Shown here: piece by piece, positions 45,165 to 57,034 of the stretch
How positions within the stretch are numbered: position 1 is the first letter of the stretch
How the letters are laid out: every line of letters starts with the position of its first letter
Source: the human T2T-CHM13v2.0 reference genome, Homo sapiens
Length of the DNA: 64,000 nt
Assembly (NCBI RefSeq): GCF_009914755.1
Contig: NC_060928.1
Direction: 5' to 3' (one strand)
Notes under the pieces: generated by a model
The model's input: the letters and a program-made list of their open reading frames with translations, nothing else
Databases searched by the model: none
Told to the model about the DNA's origin: nothing
Translations under genes and position numbers: made by a program

Positions 45165-47040
45165 CTAGAATTCTGCTTCCAGCTATGATAAAGTAACTAA
45201 GATGAGAGTAGCATTCATGCCATTAAACCACCAAAAACTGAACACATTATATGTTCTTCTGAGCGAAGAGAAATTTGTGGGACAATCCCATAATGCCTTG
45301 CTCCACCTGGGGACAAATTCCTGTGTGGCCTAATGAGCATCAGAGACCAGCTGGGCTGAAGGGATAAAGATCAGTTTAGGGAGGTTGAAGTGATGAGAAT
45401 TTGTAAGGAAGGAAGCATACTATGAAAGAAAATTCAATGGGGCTAGGGAGCAAGATTTAAATGAAGTTACTTTCAACTTCTTTGGTGAGTATTGAGCTAT
45501 TAATGCAAAGATTCATTCTCATACTTGTACCAGCCACTGTTAGTTAAACACACAGTTAACAGAGAGTGGCTGGTACAAGTTTGGAAAAGGAAAAATGACA
45601 TTTGAAGTTAGGCAATGCTAGGGGACTTTTTTATTTTCCTGTGGCCAAGTTTTATTTATTTTCTTTTTTCTTTTTACTTTTACAACTGTTATTTTTAGCT
45701 TCGTGGGATTGTGCAGGTTTGTTACATGGATAAATTGTGCGTCATTGAGGTTTAGGGTACAAATGGCCCCATCACCAAGGTGGTGATCATGGTCCTTGAT
45801 AGGTAGTTTTTCAACATTCACTTCCCTCACACGCTTCCCCCACTAGTAATCTCCAGTGTCCATTGTTTCCATCTTTATGTCCGTGTGTACTCAGTGTTTA
45901 GCTCCTACTTATATGTGAGAACATGCAGTATTTGGTTTTCTGTTCCTGCATTAGTTCACTTAGGATAATGGCCTCCAGCTTCATCCATGTTGCTGCAAAG
46001 GCCATGATTTCATTCTTTCTATGACTGTGTAGTATTCCATGGTGTATATGTAACACATTTTCGTTACTCATTCCACTGTTGCTGGGCATTTAGGTTGATT
46101 TCAAGTTTTTGTTATTATGGATACTGCTGCAGTGAACACACAAGCGCATGAGTCTTTTCAGTAGAACAATTTATTTTCCTTTGGATATATACCCAGTAAT
46201 GGGAATGCTGGGTTGAATGGTAACTCTGTTTTAAATTCTTTAGGAAATTTCCAAACTGCTTTCCACAGTGGCTGAACTAATTTACATTCCTACCAACACT
46301 GTATAAGTGTTCCCTTTTCTCTGCAACCTCGCCAACCTCTATTTGTTTGTTGGTTTTACTTTTTTAGTAATAGCCATTCTGACTGGTGTGAGATGGTATC
46401 TCATTGTGGTTTTGATTTGCATTTCTCTAATGATTAGTGAGTGACATTGAGCATTTTTTCATGTATTTGTTGGCCGCATGCATGTCTTCTTTTGAAAACT
46501 GTCTGTTTATGCCCTTCGCCCTTTTTTTTAGTGGGGTTATTTGCTTTCGCTTGTTGAATTGTTTAAGTTCCTTATAGATTCTGGATATTAGACCTTTTTC
46601 AGATGCGTAGTTTGAGAATATTTTCTCCATCCTGTAGGTTGTCTGTTTACTCTGTTGATAAATTTCTTTGCTGTTCAGAAGCTCCTTAGTTTAATTAGGT
46701 CCTTTATTTTTGTTTTCGTTGCAATTGCTTTTAAGGACTTAGCTAAAATACTTGCCATGGCCAATGTCCAAAATGATATTTCTTAGGTTTTCTTTTAGGA
46801 TTTTTATTGTTTCAGATCTTATATTTAAGTCTTTAATTCATCTTGAGTTTTTTTTTTTAATGTGTAGTGAAAGGTGGGGGTCCAGTTTTGTTCTTCTGCA
46901 TATGCCTAGCCAGTTATCCTAAGTGCTAGGATGCTTCTGAGAACTAGTCCTGCTGGAGTGGTGAGATATTTCATAAGCTACTGGCATCCAGCTGAGATGC
47001 CAGAAAGACTGCACAGTAGAAGTATGGACTACTTTACAGT
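45165..47040 (+). mobile_element. Ancient L1M (L1MC-like) 5'-region remnant split by a younger L1
   Basis: ttctgcttccagctatgataaagtaac (45170) and tccagctgagatgccagaaag (46988) resemble recalled L1MC 5' UTR motifs. Confidence 0.5.
45650..46920 (-). mobile_element. 5'-truncated old L1PA (PA15/16-like) 3' 1.3 kb
   Basis: T-rich tail and 3' UTR. Minus-strand peptides MAFAATWMKLEAIILSE and [13 protein letters not shown]. Confidence 0.93.
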
Positions 47041-47241
47041 AGATAAACAATGTAAGTTTTTAAGTCTTTCTCTAAATTTATTTTGAAGTTATAGAACAAA
47101 TAACCAGAGTAATTGTTGATGTGTATTTATTATCACCAAAACAGAGGTTTAGGAATTATAATAAGTTTAACAAATAACTTGGAATAAAGTTACTATATCA
47201 AAAAATTCAGAGCAAAAATTAGAAGATTCTAGATTAGATTT

Positions 47242-49526
47242 AGATATGGTCTGGCTGTGTCCCCATCCAAATTTCATCTTGAACTCCCACATATTGTGAG
47301 AGGGACCTGGTGGAAGGTAATTGAATCATCGGGCAGGTCTTTCCCATACTGTTCTCATGACAGTGAATAAGTCTCATGAGATCTGATAGTTTTAAAAACA
47401 GGAATTTCCATGCACAAGCTCTCTTTTTGCCTGCTGCCATCCATATAAGATGTGACTTGCTCCTTCTTGCCTTCTGCCATGATTCTGAGGCCTTCCAAGC
47501 CATGTGGAACTGTGAGTCCAATTAAACCTCTTGCTTTTGTAAATTGCCCAGTCTCAGATACGTATTTCTCAGTAATGTGAAAATGGACTAATACAGTAAA
47601 TTGGTACCACTACAGTGGGGCACTACTGAAAAGATACCAGAAAATGTGAAAGCAACTTTGGAACTGGGTAACGGGCAGAGGTTGGAACAGTTTGGAGGGC
47701 TCAGAATAAGACAGGAAAATGTGGGAATGTTTGGAACTTCCTAAGGACTTGTTGAATGGCTTTGTCCAAAATGCTGATACTAATATGGACAATAAAGTCC
47801 AGGCTGAGTTGGTCTCAGATGGAGATGAGAAACTTGTTGGGAACTGGAGCAAAGATGACTCTTGCTGTGTTTTAGCAAAGAGACTGGTGGCATTTTGTCC
47901 CTGCCCTAGAGATTTGTGGAACTTTGAACTTGAGAGAGGTGATTTAGGGTACCTGTTGGAAAAAAAAATTTCTAAGCAGCAAAGAATTCCAGAGGTGCCT
48001 CGGGTGCTGTTAATGGCATTCAGCTTTATAAGGGAAACAGAACATAAAAGTTTGGAAAATTTGCAGCCTGACAATGTGATAGAAAAGAAAATCCCATTTT
48101 CTGAGGAGAAATTCAAGCCTGCTGCATAAATTTGCATAAGTAACTAGGAATGTTAATTTCCAAGATAATGGGGAAAATGTCTCCAGGTCATGTCAGAGGT
48201 CTTCACAGTAGCCCCTCCCATCACAGGCCCCGAGGCCTATGCAGAAAAAGTGGTTTTGTGGGCCAGGCCCAGGGTCCCCATGTTTTGTACGGCCTAGGGA
48301 CTTGGTGCCCTGCATCCTAGCTGCTCCAGCCATGGCTGAAAGGGGCCAACATACAGCTCAGGCTGTTGCCTCAGAAGGTCCAAGCCTCAAGCTTTGGCAG
48401 TTTCCATGTGGTGTTGAGCCAGCCAGTGCACAGAAGTCAAGAATTGTGGTTTGGGAACCTCTGCCTAGATTTCAGAGGATGAATGGAAATGCCTGAATCT
48501 CCAGACAGGAGCTTGCTGCAGGGGTGAGGCTCTTATGGAGAAACTCTGCTAGGGCAGTGCAGAAGGGAAATGTGGGGTTGGAGCACCCACACAGAGTCCC
48601 TACTGAGGAACTGCCTAGTGGAGCTGTGAGAAGAGGGCTACCATCCTCTAGACCCCAGAATGGTAGATCCACTGACAGCTTATACCGTGTGCCTGGAAAA
48701 GCCACAGGCATTCAACACCATCCTGGGAAAGCAGCCAGGAGGGAGGCTGTACCCTGAAAAGCCACAGGGGTGGAGCTGCCCATGACCGTGAGAACCCACC
48801 TCTTGCATCAGAGTAACCTGGATGTGAGACATGGAGTCAAATGAGATTATTTTGGAGCTTTAAGATTTGACTGCCCTGCTGGATTTTGGACTTGCATGGG
48901 ACCTGTAGCCCCTTTGTTTTGGCCAATTTCTCTCATTTGGAATGGCTGTATTTACCCAAGGACTGTACCCCCACTGTATCTAGGAAACAACTAACTTGCT
49001 TTTGATTTTACATGCTCATAGGCAGAAGGGACTTGCCTTGCCTTGGATGAAACTTTGGACAGTGGACTTTGAGTTAATGATGAAATGAGTTAAGATTTTG
49101 GGGGACTGTTGGAAAGGCATGACTAGTTTTGAAATGTGAGGACATGAGATTTGGAAGGGGTCAGGGTGGAATGATATGGTTTGGCTGTGTCCTCACCCAA
49201 ATCTCATCTTTAATTTCCATGCATTGTGGGAGGGACCCCATGGGAGGTAATTGAATCATTTGGGCAGTTCTTTCCTGTGCTGTTCCTGTGATAGTCAATA
49301 AGTCTCATGCGATCTGACTGTTTTAAAAAGAGGAGTTCCCCTGCACAAGCTCTCTTTTTGCCTGCTACCATCCATGTAAGATGTGACTTGCTCTTTCTTG
49401 CCTTCCACCATGATTCTGATGCCTCCGCAGCCACGTGGAATGGTGAGTACAATTAAACCTCTTTCTTTTGTAAATTGCCCAGTCTCAGGTATGTCTTTAT
49501 CAGCAGCATGAAAACGGACTAATACA
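47242..49526 (+). mobile_element. Complete THE1A-like MaLR provirus (LTR 47242-47595, internal 47596-49171, LTR 49172-49526)
   Basis: Two ~355-bp direct LTRs, a ~1.58-kb internal region starting gtaaattggtacc, and a purine tract before the 3' LTR. Perfect TSD GATTT at 47237-47241 and 49527-49531. Confidence 0.97.
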
Positions 49527-50030
49527 GATTTCAAGAATGCAAATTTCAGTTCAAATATTTGCAAAGACATGGGCTAAAATTGAAATAATAAAATATAAAT
49601 ATAAAAGTGGCATAGAGTAGTAAACAACAAGCCAGGGAGTCAAAACCCTTAAATAAAATCTAAAGAAAGAGAAGAGCAATAAAATAATGAGAGATGTTTT
49701 GAAATATATGAATGTATTCTTATGTTTTATACTTGCTTGTGACTAACCTTCCTTTTGTTCAGACAGAGGCATCTAATGCCTCAGGGAGTATAAGACTTTT
49801 AGAACAAGAATTAAAAGAGAAGGAAAAAGACATCATTCAGGCTTTTAATTTCAAGCATCTCAAGTTTATTATATGTTATCATGTTGAAATTCAGGGATTG
49901 CTGAAATTGATAAAAGTTTTATCTCCAAACCAGACCTGTCATATATGTTGGTTCAGGTTAAGCCTAGCCCACAAGTGTCAAGGAATACTACTCATGTCAC
50001 TGACATTTTTATGCCTTTAAGATTGTTCTG

Positions 50031-50108
50031 TATTAGAAACCATGAAATTGCCAATATTTCATTGTTTTAAGCTATAAAAATGGGAAGTCTATGTAATTGA
50101 AGTTAGTG
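50031..50108. mobile_element. MADE2-like mariner MITE, degraded
   Basis: tattag..aaccatgaaattgccaatatt...tataaaaatggg, ~80 bp, matches the recalled MADE2 layout. Confidence 0.6.
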
Positions 50109-50799
50109 TTACATTTTTAACCTTTTTCACTCTATGTTTGGGCAATGTATAGGCTTATTATGAAAATTCCTTGCACATGACATTAAAAGGTCTTGTTCTA
50201 ATAAAAGTGATTCATGACAATAAGTTTTCTAGTCATAATATAGAAGTAAAATATCTTATTCTTGCAGAATTTATGTATTAATACACCACTCTGTTTTGAC
50301 TTATGCAGGAGGAATGCATTTGATAGCAAAGCTTGTTAATCTAACAAAATTTAAAATAAAGCTGTGTTTCTACACAAGAATGTCATCTTTTTATTTTCTT
50401 GAAATTAAAAGAAAAAAATTTCTATTGTAAATGAGCCAGAAAAGTTGATATATAATATTGTTCTTTATATAACCTGCCATTTATGTATAGGACTAAAATG
50501 ATATTGCAGAGTTTACAATGTAAGTGGACAAGTAACTTAGTCATATAAATCACTATTTAATAATTAATAATCACTGATTTTCAATAATCACAAAATGAAC
50601 ATTGCATAGATATAAATGATCACATTTATAGTTATAAATTTTCAGCTAATTGTCTTGGCCAGTTGTTTTGGAGCAATTGTTCTTTTGTTGTTGTGAAAAT
50701 TTTGTCAGTATAAAAATTGCTTGTTGTTGAAATTTATGAGTTTATCATGCACTATTCTTTTAAATTCTTACACATTGTAAAATGGTTTCTAAGCTATTA

Positions 50800-53240
50800 T
50801 ATATTATTTTCTCCACTGTCAGGATAAGAAGATAAGTTTTAGAGAATAAAATGGGAAGCCATCAGAAAAGTAAATGAAAGAAAATCTTTTGAATCATTTG
50901 AATACATTTTTGAAGAAAATAGATGGAATGCTATAAAAAGGACAAGATTTCTGAGCCATTATATTCAGTATAATGTAGCACTAATATGTCATTGATGGAG
51001 AAGGATATGAATTTAGCGTCTATCTTCATGTCAGCCGTAAATGATAAAACTGAAGAAAAACCGAGAGAAAATATACATGAAAAATCCATTAACCAAATGT
51101 ATTTTCTGAAGATCTGGATACCTGACAATATAATCTGAATATTAAACAATGGAAAAATTTTAAATTGCCAAATGACAGAAAAGACTTCAAAAGCATTAAT
51201 GAGTTCTTCCAAATTCTTAAAAATATAATAGATTCTGGTTACTTCATTGCAAACCAAAGTATTTTATATATTTTTATATTACAAATTAGGTAGACAGAAA
51301 ATATTCACCCGAAGACTGAGAAGGTGGATAATGTATGAAAAACATAGGCAGTATTTATTAAATTTTCTTGGCAAACATGAAGAGAGCAAAAATAATGGTA
51401 AGTATTCAAAATTGAAATCGGATAAACTATTGAAGCTTTCTAAACAGAGAGTAAGTTAGAAAAAGAAGGATGTTGGCAAGCACTTTAGAACAAATTATAT
51501 ACACAATTTATTTTTTACTAAAGCAACTACTAGTGTTCAGAGTATAATCCAGGAAATTCTATGATATATTATGGGATTTTCTTCTATTGCAGAAAGTCTA
51601 TCAAAACAAGTATTTTTGGCACTTTATTCAGTCAGAGGCATAATCTTAGAAGGATCATAGACCTTCTTAGTAGAGTACTTAAAGAAAAATAAAACCAACT
51701 TACATTTAGACAGAAAAGGTAATCTGAGATTTCAGAGATAGAACAATGCTGCCATATCATTGGAAAAGAGGATAGAAGATCTTCAAAATAGTTCGAAGGA
51801 TGTACATTTCTTGTTCTGTGCGTTCTCTGAATTTGGTGGTAATGAGGTAAAAAGCTTTATTGATTCCAGTATATTTTAAAAACTTTTCAGCTTAAACAAA
51901 TGTTGAAGTATACTAAATTTGAAACCATTGCCAAAATGGCAATGGAAAACTCAAAGTGATGCCTTCATGTCACAGAACATTAATTAAAGGATATTACTTT
52001 AATGATTTTTTTTTTTTAGAAATTGTCGTTGTATGAATAAAGATCTAGATTCTATGGTGCAAAAACAGATATATTTTAAAAATATATACTTTTTACATTT
52101 CTTTGGTCTGTACTAAAAATTGAAGCAAAATTAATGCATGAACAAAAGTCAAAATATGAAAGCCTCTGAAACCATTGAAGAGATTATGAAATTCTTTGAA
52201 GAAACCAATTTGTTGATGTTTAAAAAGATATTGTTAATGCTAAATAAATTATACATTATTGTTATTGACATCAATTTATCCAATTCAAAACACACTAGGA
52301 AAAGAATAAAGAGACTCCATTTGACTGTAAAGCTCACAGTCAGCACATCTATAACTGAAATATAATCTCAAAATTATTATTTCCATAGAATATAATTTCT
52401 TCCTTAAAAATAAATTTGCTGGCCGGGCACAGTGGCTCATGCCTGTAATTCCAGCACTTTGGGAGGCCAAGGTATAATTCCAGCTACACGGAGGCTAAGG
52501 CAGGAAAATCCCTTGAACCCAGGAGGTGGAGGTTGCAGTGAGCCGAGATCATGCCACTGCACTCCAACCTGGGTTACAGAGCGAGACTCTGACTCAAAAT
52601 AAATAAATACAATACAATAAAATAAAATAAATTTGCTGTGTGAAAATAATTAGATTTTTTTTGTGTTTTAAATGGCATATATATTTACCAATGAAAATAA
52701 ACACAGTAAGAAATGTGCTATTGATAATATCTCTATTCTTGAAGAACTAAAATACTTAAATTTTATAAAACCTAGTACAGTTTCCATTATAGTTTTCAAA
52801 TATATTTAGACACAAATATTTTTGATACCCTTTAAAATACCTTTGTAGCACCAACTATATTAATGTTGCCAGTGAAGAAAGTAGTTACTAGTAAAATATA
52901 TTAAAAATTACTAAAAGTTCACCATGTCACATGGCTTAAAACCAGCCATAATTTTTAAATAGGAAACAATTATTGGAGCAAATACACATGGGAATTGTAG
53001 TAAACTCTTTTATTTCCATGAAAACAAGGCATATAAGTAATTTGTTGATAACAAATTATTTGTTGGTCATCCTAGTGACCTTAAATTTTAATGATTTTAA
53101 TTAAAGTTTCAAAGTTGTTATTTTTGAATTTCAAATCATATAATTTGTACAAAATGACTTTATATTTCTTTTCACTGTTAGTGTTAAGAAATTAAAAATA
53201 TACTAAACTTCACTCATTTTTTTCACTTCAGTAAAAGGTG
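50800..53240 (+). mobile_element. Fossil hAT (Tip100/Zaphod-like) DNA transposon with decayed transposase
   Basis: Collinear degenerate motifs: LGKHEESK (51367), LRFQR*NNAA (51724), CSVRSLNLV (51812), LKPLPKWQW (51919), VASEESS...KNY...TMS (52865-52929). Boundaries approximate; terminal repeats not located. Confidence 0.8.
52421..52623 (+). mobile_element. AluS with ~110-bp internal deletion
   Basis: Jumps from gaggccaagg to the right-arm tataattccagctac. TSD aaaataaatttgct at 52407-52420 and 52624-52637. Confidence 0.93.
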
Positions 53241-53756
53241 ATTTTTTATTTGTTTGCCCACAGCCATTCTGCTCCAGATACTTCCTTTTACATTTCAAGA
53301 GCCTTGCCTGGCGGACTCAAATCAGAATTTTATTGTAAGTCATAGGGTAGATGATATGATATTTAATATAAGGAAAGAGAAAGAGATGAAGGAGAAACTG
53401 CTGTGCGTGGTAAATGGAGCCAGAGGAAGGGTGATTTATGAGAATGTTGCCTGAGATCATCACTGAAATGAGAAGAGAAAAGAGAGTTCCATTGGAGAGC
53501 AGGAAAAAAAAATATGGTATTACATTTGATTTTTTAAATTTACTGTGTATTTTAGAAACAAAACAACAAGAAGGCTTAAAGCTTTGTTAGCCCAAAGCAC
53601 TGTTTGAAAACTGGGATAGACTAAGATACTTTTAGTGGCTCATTGAAGGTCTCATCACGCTGCCTCATTCTTCCCATTATTGAGTGGGAATTGGGATTCC
53701 CACTAATGTATCTGTATTAGAGATTAGATACATTTCTGATAGAAACACAACTTACA

Positions 53757-54062
<306 letters not shown>

Positions 54063-54116
54063 TTACACATTTACCCATCTGAACTGTAGGGTGTAAATTT
54101 AAACTCATGCTACACT

Positions 54117-54290
54117 AACATTTACTTAATAACTATTATGCTGTTAAGATGTGCTAAGCCTTTTATATCTATTCATTTAATATTCAGAAAAGTTCATGAG
54201 GTGGATTTAGGGAGATTAAGCAAATGCCCAAATTATAGAAAATCATTTGCCTGGTCAAAGATTTGTGTTCTTTGCACTTTGTACTGCCTC
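54117..54290 (-). mobile_element. MIR fragment
   Basis: aacatttact...tgtgctaagccttttata...catttaat...gagattaagcaaatgcccaa. Confidence 0.6.
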
Positions 54291-54339
54291 TTAATAACAA
54301 AAAATTGTTTGCATTTATTTATGGAGGAAGAATATAGAT

Positions 54340-54525
54340 GGGGATGAAGGAGGAGAAGGGGAAGAGAGGAAGGCTCTGCCACAAAGAGGGTGAGATGGAG
54401 AAAAAGGAGACAGTTGAATAGCGGGAGGGAAAGGGAAGAAGGTAAGAAGATAAAGAAGAAAGGAGGGAGGGAAGGAGAGAGAGAGGGAGGGGAGAAGGAA
54501 GGAAAGAAAGAAGTCAGGGAGGAAA
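54340..54525. repeat. Purine-rich (GA) low-complexity tract
   Basis: Almost exclusively G/A, e.g. aggagggagggaaggagagagagagggagggg. Confidence 0.85.
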
Positions 54526-55299
54526 CAGCCACACTACTTGCAGTTAGAGGTATAAATATTAAAGAGAAAGACCTGAAGAGATCAGAACAACTGAAATTTC
54601 TTTTGTGACCGTCCACTCAGACAAAGCAAATGATGTCTGGAATGAAAGAGAAAAACAAATACATCTCAAAAGTGTAAATGATTGGATTCTAAAGGTGAGT
54701 TTTTAAATTTCTCTTGCTCCATGATTGGATCCTATTCTATAAGGTAATGTGTAGAAGAAATATTAGAGTAGCTTTTAAGAATTAAAAAGACTAAGAGAAA
54801 TGCCAAAAAAGAAGATAGAAAGTTGTAATTCTGATTTTCACCATGGTAATACAGGTCTAGAAAAAAATAGCTTTATCAGATGGATTTATAACTGGTGGAT
54901 AGTGTTCAAACAGGATCACTTAGTCCTTCCCACCCAGCAGTGAGATCCCAGTCCAAAGACTTCTGCCCTCCCTCCCCACACAGGGAGCTCCCCCAGCAGC
55001 CTGCTGCGCTCCACAGGCTACCCAGTACACCCATGTACACGCTTGCACACTGAAGCACAGAGCACTGCCTATATCCAGCCTGGCCAGGCCCTCGGCACGC
55101 CAGGCATGTCTGCCGGATGGAGAAACAGGAAGCCTGCGTGTGCGGCCAGAGTGCGCCAGAGGCTGGGTGGGGGATGGTTTGATTTCACACTGGAGGGGGA
55201 CTTTTAGCACAGAAACAGTGAGTTTGTCTCTCAACATTTGATAGCAAATAGTCTACATTTTATATAGTAATGACTTATGTGGAAGGGGAAGGGACACAG

Positions 55300-56300
55300 A
55301 ATTTGCAAATTACACAAAACTGAAAGGGATAGAAAAACATTTCATGGTGAACACTAAATGCAAATTGATGTCAATATGTTGCTTTGATAAATTAAATGTT
55401 AAAAAATAAACCATCTTGAACTTTATTTAAAAAAGGGACTCCTCAGATATAAAATAAAAGCTATGAGGCTTATACACGTGGGCTTTCAGATGACCTGACC
55501 TTCAATATGAATTGTTGTTGTCATGCGGCTGCTGGTAAATCTACCTTGAGCCTCGATTTTATTAAAAAGAGACATTTTCTCAAAAGAGAAAAACATGACT
55601 AGTTCTGTACACCATTCTTTCAAGGAGACAGAGGAAAAGGAACAAACAGGGTATATTTGGAGATAGTGACCAATGCAGGGCCAAAGCGAATTGCAGACCT
55701 TTGAGAAACCAAGCTTCATCCAGACTGCCTTCTTAAAAGCCTGTAAGGTGAAAAGCCAACGTGCTTACTCCATAGAAGCTCTAGTTCTGTGGAAATAGTG
55801 TTAATGCATAAAGATTGTGGAGAAACTGATTTTGACTTAAGGCAAGGCCATATTTCTCACAATCACAACTGATTGAATAGTAGGTTTCCCATCACAGAAG
55901 GTCTTCAAATACAAGTTTGATGATCAGCTGGGGCAAGGTATTTTGTATCGTTCATTGCTTTTGTCACCTGTTCCCAAATAACCCTTGGCACACATTAGCC
56001 ACCAAGAAATATTTATTGAATAATTAAATAGAAAGGAGTTACAACCAATATATATTAAGCAGTCATTATTGGTCAAGCATAGCTAATTTTCCAAAACGCT
56101 ATAGTAGGAACAGTTATTTTTATTTTGTAGCTCAGAGGAATGAAGCTAACAAAGACAAAGTCATTTGTCCAAGCCACCCAGGAGATAAGTGATTAGAGGC
56201 AGGATTATAATTGCAGCCTATCTGTCCCAAGTGTTTCAAGATTCAGAAGATTGTTGGCCCAGATAATTTACAAGGTTCTTTCACCAAACATTCCATTATG
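55300..56300. mobile_element. Patchwork of ancient L3/CR1, L2 and MIR fragments
   Basis: ttccccatcacagaaggtcttcaa (L3-like), aaatatttattgaat (L2 end), tcatttgtccaagccacccag (MIR). Individual boundaries not resolved. Confidence 0.45.
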
Positions 56301-57034
56301 TATGCCAACAGGAAGAACTTGAATTTACCAACTGTTAGTACATTAGAACCAATTTGTTCACTGTATTTGTTAACATTCACATGGCGGGTAGGGATATGGT
56401 CTCTGAGGCAATTACATATAAATTGTGGACATTTTAATTAATTAGTAGGAAAAAGTTCAGGAAGGCAGCCAGGTAGAGTAGTTTAGTATGAGTTTGAGTA
56501 GCTGGAGGCCAGGGTAGGGCTGGGGCTTTATTCTTTTTTGGGTGTCTAAAAGAAGTGTATAGAGATAGCAGAAAGTGCAACCAAAGACAAATTACACTAT
56601 TTTGTAATCTTGCCTGTTTTAAAATGCTCATTAGATTTTGATTAGTAATGCAGACTGTGAGCTGTTGAGGCCAAGTTTCATGTCTTATTAATATTTGCAT
56701 GCCCCGAGACTTGCACAGTGACATGCAGCTGGAATGGTGCTGATTTGAATGGACAACTTTCACTTGTAAAAAAAACCCCTTGCTTATAGTAACTCTGAAA
56801 TTTACCAGCAGCTTATCTTTAAGATTTATCTCAAAGTTTTTTCTAGAAAGCATTCCATGACTGACTTGCATAACTACCTTTGATTGTTTGTTGTTGTTTT
56901 AAAATTATTTATCACCCTGTGTTTCCCTGTAAGAACACCACCGTGACTCATTATAATGCACTGCTTAATTATCTGCAAGCTCCCCCACACCAACCCCAAA
57001 CACACACATAAGACTCTAAACTCTAGTGTGGTGG

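Noticed and set aside
47719-48757. THE1 internal ORF fragments (MWECLELPKDLLNGF...)
   Set aside because: Ordinary interrupted MaLR internal ORF remnants with no intact reading frame.
54233-54616. 127-aa and 72-aa ORFs over the GA tract
   Set aside because: Low-complexity translations.
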